The notes below the pieces were generated by a model that was not told where the DNA came from, did no database searches, and worked only from the letters and a program-made list of their open reading frames with translations. A stretch of DNA of 64,000 bases from Candidatus Bathyarchaeota archaeon (GTDB lineage: Archaea > Thermoproteota > Bathyarchaeia > Bathyarchaeales > Bathycorpusculaceae), in assembly GCA_963768425.1 (NCBI GenBank), contig CAVYHV010000017.1:160001-224000 (forward strand). The letters run 5' to 3'. Numbering within the stretch: the stretch's first letter is position 1; the number at the start of each line of letters is the position of its first letter. Positions 21,325-29,768 of the stretch are shown piece after piece. Both the position numbers and the translations under genes were made by a program.

Positions 21325-21821
21325 TATTGAGTTTCTCCTATGAGGTTATGACTTCTCAAGAGTTTAAGCATTTGGTTAAAATCGTTTAATGAAACGCTAG
21401 GAATCTTTTTCCTAACTTTGCTGTAAATCTCGCCTTTTGATAAAGTAGGGTACATAGTATAGAGAAAATGAGTGACTGCAAGTTTTTCTAAGTAGTAAGA
21501 ATTATTTGAAATTGGATTAATAAATTCAAGAAACTCACAAAAACGTTGCTCTTTATTTCTGTCAGCGAATTTAACTGGAATTTCATAATTAGATTTAGTT
21601 AATTCATAAGCATCTCTGGTAAGATTTGGAGAATAAGGACCACGAAGATACCAACTAAATGAGTAACCGATGTTTAACCCAAACTGTTGCATAAGATAAA
21701 CGGTTTTTTGTAACACTAACCTAGAATCAAAATTCTTTTCATAATTATGACCGTTGAAATTCCCTATTCTAAGTAATAATCCACCGAGTGCAACCATCCT
21801 TTTATTTTCATCTGCACTCAT
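21321..21821 (-). CDS. YwgA/DUF4065 (SocA/Panacea)-like protein
   Basis: RLVLQKTVYL...YSFSWYLRGPYSPNL signature. Confidence 0.7.
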   Translation of the reverse strand: MSADENKRMVALGGLLLRIGNFNGHNYEKNFDSRLVLQKTVYLMQQFGLNIGYSFSWYLRGPYSPNLTRDAYELTKSNYEIPVKFADRNKEQRFCEFLEFINPISNNSYYLEKLAVTHFLYTMYPTLSKGEIYSKVRKKIPSVSLNDFNQMLKLLRSHNLIGETQY

Positions 21822-21932
21822 GCTGTTTCAACCATAATATTAAAGTCCAATCGCATGCGTATTTGTGATATACGTTATTCTTGTATATAAGATGATTTCA
21901 CGTTTTAAAGAGTTATGTTGTCACAATCTGTA

Positions 21933-23062
21933 TTAACAGTCTTTGGAGCTGGATACAGATGCGTTTTGTATGAGGGTTATCCATTTATTTTTTCCTTCTA
22001 TTTTTATTCCGCATGCTTCGGAAGGGGTTTTGCCATCTAAGGCTTCATGAGGTCTAAAGTAGTTGTGGAACAATTGGTAACCTGTTAGGATTGCGGTGTC
22101 TTTGGTTTTTAGTCCTCGCATGACTATTTCTCGGTCTCGGATTTCACCATTCATCCTTTCCATTTTGTTATTGTTGTTTTTTGCGCTTGTGAATTTGATG
22201 CTTCTTATGTGGTTGGTGTTTGGGATAGATCTTGTTGAGCTGGCTTGGAAGTAAGCTGTATAAGCCATCTGTTATGAACGTTTCAGGTTTCTTTCCCATG
22301 AGGTAACTTGCTTTTGCAGAATAAGGTTCTTGCGTCATGCTTGTCTTTTGTGTCTGCTACTTCTTGAGCTATCCAAAAGCGGGTTTCATCATCCATCATG
22401 GCGAAGAGGTATTTCATGTTGCCTTTGACTTTTATCCATAGTTCGTCTGCTCTCCATGTGTCGCCGACGTTTGGCTCTATGGTTTCAACGTAGTCGTTCA
22501 TTAGTTTAATGTATTTTTTTATCCAGTTTAGGATTGTTCTGTAAGAGACTTCTACGCCTAAGAGTTTGAGTGACCGCATTGTGTTTCTTAGGCTTTCTCC
22601 GCTAAAGTATAGTTGCATGGCAGATGTGATTGCTTGAGGGTTATGCTTCATGCGTTCAAAGCCTAAGTTGAAAGTGAAGAATTTGTGGCAATCTTGGCAA
22701 TAGAATTTTTGAAGGTTTCCTGTCTTGTTTTTGCGTATTCCCTTCTTTATGAAGTTGCTTGAACCGCAAAAGATACATTCCGAAATGTTTTCTATGGGGA
22801 CTATTGTTCTTACTGCTACCTCTGCTCTTAGGGATTGTGAGAAGTTTACGGCGTGGATGTGTTTGCATTCTACATGTCGGTATTTGTTGTCTGGGCAATC
22901 GCATAGCCATTCTCCGTTAACTTTGTTAACGGTGTATTCGCCGTTGTCTGGATTGAGATTTAACGATGTAGAGGCATTTCGTCTATTCTTTTTACTTGCC
23001 CGTTCCGATTGGGCTATTGTTTGACCGCGTTCTTCTCTTGTGGTTGTTAGTCTTTGAGTCAT
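21933..23062 (-). CDS. IS6-like DDE transposase with N-terminal SWIM and Zn-ribbon domains, frameshifted near 22290
   Basis: CDCPD...CKH (SWIM), CIFCGS...CQDC (Zn ribbon), GESLR...VSYRTILNW (HTH), WRADE, and NNKMERMNGEIRDR in the downstream frame. Confidence 0.88.
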
Positions 23063-23066
23063 GCTT

Positions 23067-23172
23067 ATACCCTCACATATACCTAATAGCATACCCATTA
23101 ATAAGCATTTAGGCATAGTGATAGGTATATTAATATACACCTTCCCCCTAAACAATACCCATAACAAGGTAT
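23067..23172. promoter_or_regulatory. Operator-like ATACC/GGTAT repeat array in the divergent transposase/AbrB intergenic region
   Basis: ATACC at 23067, 23079, 23091 (12-bp period); GGCAT 23112 and GGTAT 23124; ATACC-N8-GGTAT at 23155-23172. Confidence 0.55.
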
Positions 23173-23176
23173 AACA

Positions 23177-23359
23177 ATGGGAGAAATAACATTCCTAAAC
23201 AAAGCATCCCCAAAAACCGAATCCCTAAGAACAACCGTGCCAGCAAGCATAATCAAACAATTCGGCTTAACCGAATACGATAAACTAGAATGGATTCTCA
23301 AAGCAGAAGGCAGTGAATTAGTAATTATCGTTAAGCCTCAAAAAGGTGAAGTTAGGTAG
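23177..23359 (+). CDS. AbrB/MazE/SpoVT family DNA-binding protein
   Basis: SLRTTVPASIIKQFGL...DKLEW; divergent from the transposase. Confidence 0.8.
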   Translation: MGEITFLNKASPKTESLRTTVPASIIKQFGLTEYDKLEWILKAEGSELVIIVKPQKGEVR

Positions 23360-23361
23360 AG

Positions 23362-23781
23362 ATGGCTAGAGGAAAAGGCTTTGTTAATTATCTAGAAAAT
23401 CCTATTGTGGCTTTCCTATTTGTGGTAGCCTGTTTAGTGTTTATTGGTTGGTTATTGCCTGATTTTTGGATTTTTGGTTTTACAGCAATTTTTACCTATT
23501 TGGTTAGCGACATTCTGCTAAGTCTCATCATCAAGGGTGGAAACGGCATAGCGGTTATTCCAACTATTGACAACAAAACTAAACATAAAGGACACGCTTA
23601 CTTGGCATTTTTCATAGGAATGATTTTTGCAACAGTGTTTAGTGGGTTCTTTAATAACATTATTCTGTCAACAATGAAAGATTCAAATCAGTGGTTTTAT
23701 GCAGTTGTTATTGCGAGCTTTGGTTTAGGAATTGCTGTTTTTGCTGATCTTCAAGCCAGATTCTATGCTCATAACGAATGA
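23362..23781 (+). CDS. Hypothetical 4-TM cargo membrane protein
   Basis: Four hydrophobic helices; starts 2 nt after the AbrB stop. Confidence 0.65.
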   Translation: MARGKGFVNYLENPIVAFLFVVACLVFIGWLLPDFWIFGFTAIFTYLVSDILLSLIIKGGNGIAVIPTIDNKTKHKGHAYLAFFIGMIFATVFSGFFNNIILSTMKDSNQWFYAVVIASFGLGIAVFADLQARFYAHNE

Positions 23782-23950
23782 GAAACATCAAAGAACCGAA
23801 ACACACAGACAATCCCACGATAGTATTTACATCTGCCCATAGCGCAACTATAGAAAAGATGATAATGGCAAGAACCCCTAATACCATTATTTTTTCATGA
23901 GGTAAGAACTCTTCCCAGAAATCCTTAACTACTTTCAGGATTATCAGCAA
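23708..23950 (-). CDS. Small hypothetical membrane protein
   Basis: Two hydrophobic segments; convergent overlap with the previous ORF lowers confidence. Confidence 0.4.
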   Translation of the reverse strand: MLIILKVVKDFWEEFLPHEKIMVLGVLAIIIFSIVALWADVNTIVGLSVCFGSLMFLIRYEHRIWLEDQQKQQFLNQSSQ

Positions 23951-23963
23951 AAGAAAAAGAGAA

Positions 23964-24158
23964 TTATTGTTTTCTTGGTTTATTCATGTCAACGTTTGGT
24001 AAGTCGAAACGGTTAGGCGCACTTAGCCACTGTTCAATATTTTTGGCTTTTGGAGCTTTCAAACTTTGGTCAATTGCTTTGGCGTGGGCGCTTCTTATAG
24101 CTTGAACCTTTCCTAGCCCTTCTAATCTGACTACCGTAACTAGAACCTTGTTTTCCAC
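23964..24158 (-). CDS. Small hypothetical protein
   Basis: 64-aa ORF co-oriented with its neighbours; no recognisable motif. Confidence 0.35.
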   Translation of the reverse strand: MENKVLVTVVRLEGLGKVQAIRSAHAKAIDQSLKAPKAKNIEQWLSAPNRFDLPNVDMNKPRKQ

Positions 24159-24213
24159 GATAACTCAACCTTATCAACCTCAAAAGAAAAATAAAGAGCG
24201 TTGTTCGGTTGTT

Positions 24214-24816
24214 TTAAACAGTAGCTTCTTTTTGTGTTTGAACTAGAGGTTCTGATTCTTCCCATACCCTGTTAAAGAAATCTATCGCTTGAGTGATTAC
24301 GTCTTTGTTGTTGGAGTATATTCCAGCATCGAAACGTTCGCCTCCAAAACATTCGGTTTGAACATCTCCTGAACCAATAATGAGAATCTGTCTTTGAGGG
24401 ACACAGAATATTCGAGCATGTAACATGGGGTGTAATCTCACATCAGCTCCTGCTTTTTGTATCCTTTTTAGTGCATCTTTGTTTTTCTTGGTCTGAATTG
24501 CGGTTGCTGGGCTTATGATTTTGAATTGTTTAGCTACGGTTGTTAATTTGTTTAGCATCACTTGGTCAAAATAACCCATGACATAAAAAGTTTCATTGCT
24601 ATACATTCCACCATGCATGCCACCCATTCTTGGGTCAAACAAACCTTCTATAATTCCACTATAGGTTCTGATTTGTGGAGAGTTTTCAACAAATCTAGGT
24701 GCTAGTCCTTGAGGGTTTTCCTGTATCTGTCTCATTCTTGCCAGTTCTTGCTCTATTGTAATTATCCTTCTTCTGATGTCTTCCACAATTTGAGCTATCC
24801 CTTCGTTTTCAGGCAT
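24214..24816 (-). CDS. Phospholipase D-fold domain protein with a degenerate HKD motif
   Basis: LHARIFCV...LIIGSGD...DAGI...FFNRVWEES follows the HxK...GSxN...E.G...F...W layout. Confidence 0.65.
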   Translation of the reverse strand: MPENEGIAQIVEDIRRRIITIEQELARMRQIQENPQGLAPRFVENSPQIRTYSGIIEGLFDPRMGGMHGGMYSNETFYVMGYFDQVMLNKLTTVAKQFKIISPATAIQTKKNKDALKRIQKAGADVRLHPMLHARIFCVPQRQILIIGSGDVQTECFGGERFDAGIYSNNKDVITQAIDFFNRVWEESEPLVQTQKEATV

Positions 24817-24920
24817 TTTTTACCCCTGAACTTTAATCATAGCTTTAAGTAGAAAAGATTTGCCTATGCTTTTCTTAGGTGACGGTTTTTCACAGAAAGA
24901 CAGGAAATCACCTATTCTTA

Positions 24921-24947
24921 GGTAGGTGACGTTAAATACACAGAACC
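24921..24947 (-). repeat. Right terminal inverted repeat
   Basis: GGTAGGTGACGTTAAATACACAGAACC, followed directly by the TSD copy. Confidence 0.88.
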
Positions 24948-24974
24948 TCACGCTTAAGGTAGCAGGCACAAAAC

Positions 24975-25826
24975 ATGGCTATAATCGAAACCAAAAACCT
25001 CACCTACACCTATCCAAGCGCAGCCAAACCGTCAATAGCCGAAGTATCCATCAAGGTTGAGAAAGGCGAATTCGTGCTTATTACGGGTCCAAGCGGCTGC
25101 GGAAAAACAACTTTGTGCCGATGCTTCAATGGGCTTATCCCTCATTTTTATCAGGGTGAGATGAAAGGAGAAATTACTGTTGCAGGCGAAGATGTCCTTA
25201 AACGCCATACTTACGAAATGGCTAAACACGTTGGGCTTGTGTTTCAAAACCCAGAAAACCAGCTGTTCGCCCTGTCAGTCGAGAAAGACGTGGCTTTCGG
25301 GCTGGAAAACCTCGGAGTTTCCAGACCTGAAATCCGAAAAAAAGTGGATTGGGCGCTAAACCAAACAGGCATTTACGATTTGCGCGAGCGCTCCCCGCAT
25401 GAAATCAGTGGTGGACAACAGCAACGCGTTGCAATTGCCGCTGTTCTGGCGATGGAACCCGAAATCATTGTGCTGGACGAGCCAACTTCTTTTCTTGATC
25501 CGTTGAGCGCACAGAAAATCTTTGATGTCATTTACGATTTAAACAGAAAACAGGGCATCACAGTTATTCTTGTCGAGCACAGACTTGATTTGACGGCAAA
25601 GTACGCGAACCACCTCATCGTTATGGATGAGGGAAAAGTGCGCTTTGAAGGCAACCCGAGAGAAATCCTAAGCTCAGAAGAAACACGCTTAATCGGAGTG
25701 GGCATTCCCAAAGCAACCCTGTTGTACAAAATGCTTAAAAAAGACGGTTTAAACCTGGACGGCAACACACCCCTTTCTTCAGAAGAGCTTGCTGACCAAC
25801 TGTTGGAGACACTTAGAGCAAAATGA
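24975..25826 (+). CDS. ecfA1: ECF transporter ATPase A1
   Basis: GPSGCGKT, FQNPENQ, ISGGQQQR, LDEPT. Confidence 0.92.
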   Translation: MAIIETKNLTYTYPSAAKPSIAEVSIKVEKGEFVLITGPSGCGKTTLCRCFNGLIPHFYQGEMKGEITVAGEDVLKRHTYEMAKHVGLVFQNPENQLFALSVEKDVAFGLENLGVSRPEIRKKVDWALNQTGIYDLRERSPHEISGGQQQRVAIAAVLAMEPEIIVLDEPTSFLDPLSAQKIFDVIYDLNRKQGITVILVEHRLDLTAKYANHLIVMDEGKVRFEGNPREILSSEETRLIGVGIPKATLLYKMLKKDGLNLDGNTPLSSEELADQLLETLRAK

Positions 25827-26647
25827 TTGAAGCTATAGATGTCCGCTTTTCGTATGCTAGGAAGATTGAAGCCCTCAAAGGCGTTACGTTGACGGTGAAA
25901 GACGGCGAGTTCTTGGCGATAATGGGCCAGAACGGAGCGGGAAAATCAACCTTCGTCAAACACTTTAATGGTCTCCTAAAACCCACCTCGGGAAAGGTAA
26001 TAGTCGACGGGGTTGAAACAACTAAAACAAGCGTCGCAACTTTGGCCAGGAACGTAGGGTTTGTTTTCCAAAATCCTGACCACCAACTTTTCAGCGAAAC
26101 AGTCGAAGAAGAAATCGCCTTCGCCCTCAAAAACTTCGGGTTCGCCACGGACGTCATTGAGAAGCGGGTTACATGGGCTCTGGAGCTACTATCACTTACT
26201 CAGTACCGGAAAACATCGCCTTTCCTGCTGAGTGGAGGCGAGCGAAAACGTGTTGCGTTGGCTTCGGTTTTGGCTTGGAACCCGCAGACCCTGATTTTGG
26301 ATGAACCCACAATTGGACAGGACCATGAGCAGAAAGAGAAACTAACCCAATTCATCTTACAAATGCAGGCGCAGGGAAAAACCGTGGTCATTGTCACTCA
26401 TGACGTCGAGTTCGTCGCCGAATGCAACCCCCGCGTGGTTTTGATGAAGGAAGGGAAAATTGTTGCTGAAGGTATGGGAAAAGACATCTTGACAAACCCG
26501 CAAATCCTCGCAGAATCGTCCATTGTCCTCCCCCAAATAGCGCAGGTCTTCTCAAAGCTGTCGCCTCTGGGCTTCCCAAAAAACGTCATTGATATTTACG
26601 AAGCAGAAAAGATAATCCTAAACGCCATGGGAAGCAAACGGCAATGA
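25823..26647 (+). CDS. ecfA2: ECF transporter ATPase A2
   Basis: GQNGAGKS, FQNPDHQ, SPFLLSGGERKR, LDEPT. Confidence 0.92.
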   Translation: MIEAIDVRFSYARKIEALKGVTLTVKDGEFLAIMGQNGAGKSTFVKHFNGLLKPTSGKVIVDGVETTKTSVATLARNVGFVFQNPDHQLFSETVEEEIAFALKNFGFATDVIEKRVTWALELLSLTQYRKTSPFLLSGGERKRVALASVLAWNPQTLILDEPTIGQDHEQKEKLTQFILQMQAQGKTVVIVTHDVEFVAECNPRVVLMKEGKIVAEGMGKDILTNPQILAESSIVLPQIAQVFSKLSPLGFPKNVIDIYEAEKIILNAMGSKRQ

Positions 26648-27426
26648 GCGTTTTCGACGGGTTAAAGTTCCGAAAAGTTTATTCTCCAATCCACAATTTG
26701 GACCCACGAGTAAAATTCATTTACGTCATATCGATCTTCGCTGTTGCGATAATCTTTGCGCAAATCATTCCACTGCTTTTTCTGTTCGTTTTGCAGGTTC
26801 CTTTCGTGCTTTTGGCGCGTGTGCAGCGGCAGTGGCTTCGCTCGTTAAGGGGAGCAGCTTTTTTGGCAGCAGTCATCTTCGCAGTAAACGTTGGAACGTC
26901 TTTCTTCTATGCAGGCTACAAATTAGCTCCGCCTGCCGTAGAAAGCGCCATTGCCCTTACCCTGCGTTTCGTGGTGCTTGTTGAATCCTTTTCAGTTTTC
27001 TTCCTAACAACATCCCCTGACCACTTAGGCTTAGCGCTAGAAGAATCCCACGTACCCTACGAATTCGCCTTCGCCTTCACCACAGCAGTGCGTTTCGTCC
27101 CCGTTCTTGCAGAGGAAGCCCAAACAATTATGGATGCGCAAAAAGCCAGGGGGTTGGAACTCGAGAAAGGAGGCCTGATGAAGCGAATCAGAAATTACAT
27201 CCCCGTTCTTATCCCGTTAATAGTCAGCGCAATCCGAAGGAGCCTTGAGTTGGCTGAGGCAATGGAGAGCCGCGCATGGGGAGCTACTAAGAAACGCACC
27301 AACCTTTACTCGCTAAAACTCCATAAAGGAGATTACGCACTGTTGGCAATCACAATCGGAATATTGATTGCAGCTGTTTACACTCGTCTGTATGTGCCTA
27401 TCCCTACAATCGTCCATCTGCTTTAA
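26644..27426 (+). CDS. ecfT: ECF transporter transmembrane T component
   Basis: LDPRVK, RFVP, AQKARG and AMESR motifs. Confidence 0.92.
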   Translation: MSVFDGLKFRKVYSPIHNLDPRVKFIYVISIFAVAIIFAQIIPLLFLFVLQVPFVLLARVQRQWLRSLRGAAFLAAVIFAVNVGTSFFYAGYKLAPPAVESAIALTLRFVVLVESFSVFFLTTSPDHLGLALEESHVPYEFAFAFTTAVRFVPVLAEEAQTIMDAQKARGLELEKGGLMKRIRNYIPVLIPLIVSAIRRSLELAEAMESRAWGATKKRTNLYSLKLHKGDYALLAITIGILIAAVYTRLYVPIPTIVHLL

Positions 27427-27504
27427 CGCAAAGACGCATTAACGAAATTTCTTAGAGACAGAAACTTTAATGTTTGACAACCCAAAAGAGAAAGATGAGA
27501 TTTA

Positions 27505-28381
27505 ATGGCTGAGCATACACGTTTTGGACCTGCAGGCGTCCCGCCGATGTTCCGGCTTATGGGAGCTGACTTGCCGGACGTTCCCAAGTTGCTGCGGGAG
27601 GAAGGCTTGGATGCATTGGAGTACGAAGCTGTCCGTTGGGGGCCAAAGCCGCAGATTTCAAAGGAGTTGGCGGAAAAGCTGGGTGCAGCGGCTAAAGCAA
27701 ATGACGTGCAGCTTAGCCTTCATGGATCTTACTACATCAACCTGTCAGGCAAACGTGACGTCGTCGAAGCAAGCAAACGGCGGCTAATAGCCTCTGCCAT
27801 CGCAGCAGAATGGATGGGAGCTTACGTCATGGTGTTCCACACCGGGTTCTATGGGCGCTTCGAAAAGGACTTTGCCTTCAAAACTTGTCTGGAAGCACTC
27901 AAAGAAGTTAGCGCTGAAATGCGGAGTCTTGGACTTCAGGGTGAAGCTTGGTCCTGAAACGATGGGAAGAAAATTCCAAGTAGGCAGTCTAGACGAAATC
28001 CTGATGATTAACCAAGAGATCGAAGGGACTCAGCTTGTTGTTGACTGGGCTCACCTCCACGCGATTCACCAGGGAACACTAAAGAAAACCGAAGACTTTC
28101 GGAAAATCGCCGAAAAAGTCGAAGAAAGACTCGGCACTGAAGTGATGCGGAGCATGCATTGCCACTTCTCAAAAATCGAGTACTCAGAGCAAGGCGAAAA
28201 AAAGCATCACACACTTGATGACGATGGGTTTGGTCCAGACTTCCGCATGCTAGCCGAAGTCATCGTCGATTTTCACATGCATCCGACAATGATATGCGAA
28301 TCGCCCATCTTGGATGTTGATGCCAGGAAAATGAAAGAAACACTCAAAGAAGTGCTTGAAGCTAAAACGCCGAAAAACTAG
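27505..28381 (+). CDS. Endonuclease IV-like TIM barrel (AP endonuclease family 2), frameshifted near 27940
   Basis: RFGPAG, LHGSYYINL, VFHTG, GPETMG, DWAHLHA, HCHFS, CESP. Confidence 0.85.
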
Positions 28382-28384
28382 AAA

Positions 28385-29002
28385 CTATTCTTTTCGATTG
28401 GATAGCAATTGTTCGGCAAGTTGCAGTTCTCTTACTGTGTTGATGTTGACGGCTAGTTCTTCTAGGTCTAGCAGATAGATGTCTTGGTCGAGCCATTCGT
28501 CGCCGTAACGTTTGCGACCGTCGATGACGTTGATGCCGACGGGAACCACGTCTTTGTCGTTCATTTTGAACGAGTACTCGACGCACATGCCCAAACGCTT
28601 TTTGGTTTCAAGAGGTACCGCTACGGTTAGGGCGGGTTTGCCGCATTGCTCATAGCGTTCCACGATTGCATCCAACACTTCAGCCGTGACAAGAGGTAAG
28701 TCAGCCGCGATAGCTAAGAAAACGCCTAGTTTGAGGTTTTGGCTCGCGTAGCCCATGTCTGAAACATAGTCTTTCCCAGGCGTGTCAACCACTTTGACCG
28801 GGAAGCTGCTCAAGTGTGTGGTAGTCTTCGGTGTGCAAGCGCTTGTTGCAACAATGATGCTGTCTATTTTCTTGGCGTCCTTTAGTGCTTCAATCACGTA
28901 TTCGATTACTGGTTTCCCGCAGATTTTAATCAACGGCTTTTCTTCGCGGATTTGCATGCGTGTTCCTCTTCCGCCAGCCATGACAAGCGCCTTTACGCCC
29001 AA
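28385..29002 (-). CDS. cobY: GTP:adenosylcobinamide-phosphate guanylyltransferase CobY (copy 1)
   Basis: MAGGRGTRM...EKPL, TPGKDYVSD, ADLP, NINT; adjacent to cobS. Confidence 0.88.
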   Translation of the reverse strand: MGVKALVMAGGRGTRMQIREEKPLIKICGKPVIEYVIEALKDAKKIDSIIVATSACTPKTTTHLSSFPVKVVDTPGKDYVSDMGYASQNLKLGVFLAIAADLPLVTAEVLDAIVERYEQCGKPALTVAVPLETKKRLGMCVEYSFKMNDKDVVPVGINVIDGRKRYGDEWLDQDIYLLDLEELAVNINTVRELQLAEQLLSNRKE

Positions 29003-29767
29003 GCAGCCACCGCCAGCAATACAATCACGCAGACCATTCGGGTTATTTCGTTAGTGGCTCCGAAAACGTCGCCTGTGACCCCGCCGAAATGCCTGTGAGC
29101 AACTGCAACCATCACCAAACTTGTGACAACGCTTGCTAAGACAACCATCGCGCCTGCCCAACCAAGCAGAGGCAAAGCAACCGCAAAAGAAAGCACGAGC
29201 GCAACGAGGAGCCTTAAATTACCTTTGCCGCCGCTCATGGCTTCAAGAAATGGGGAATTCATGCCTTGATGAACTGATTTTCCAGCCCAAGCCATGATAA
29301 CCATGGAAAGTTTAGCTGAAGCCTCAATAACAATGATGCCGCCGACAATCAAAGGAATTTTGAACAGACCGTTGACCTACGATTTGTCCAATGGCTAAGG
29401 CTGAGATAAGCATGGTCATAATGCCTATAGATAAGCCTCCTGCACCTGTGAGTTGGTCATGCATAACCTCGATTTTGTGTTCGGGTGTACCATGAGCCAT
29501 GACGCCGTCGCCAAAATCCAGCAAGCCGTCGGTATGGTGAAGCCCAGTAATTAGAAGCAACAAAGCTAAAACTAAGCCGCCGACGACTATGCCTGGCAAA
29601 AATTGGTCAGCCACCCAACCAAAAACCCCAGCAATTAAGCCGATAACTGCGCCGATAAGCGGGAAAGTCCACATGCCTTTGGCGCAGTCAGTAAGCATGT
29701 CCTTGTCCATCGCTACGGGAAAGATTGTGAGGAAAGACAGCAGGTTCTTGAGCTCTTTAATAACCAT
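28993..29767 (-). CDS. cobS: Cobamide synthase CobS (copy 1), frameshifted near 29350
   Basis: FLTIFP, FPLIG, TGLHHTDGLLDFGDG, MHD...GAGG, FGGVTGDVFGA.NE. Confidence 0.88.
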
Positions 29768-29768
29768 C

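Larger units (their letters stand above)
19442..24947. mobile_element. 5,506-bp IS6-like cargo transposon with a single transposase
   Basis: TIRs 19442-19468 and 24921-24947 match 22/27; direct repeat TCACGCTT at 19434-19441 and 24948-24955; internal DDE transposase; visibly more AT-rich than the flanks. Confidence 0.9.

Noticed and set aside
22260-22320. Programmed frameshift in the transposase
   Set aside because: Cannot be separated from the window-wide indel noise, and IS6-type transposases are normally a single ORF.
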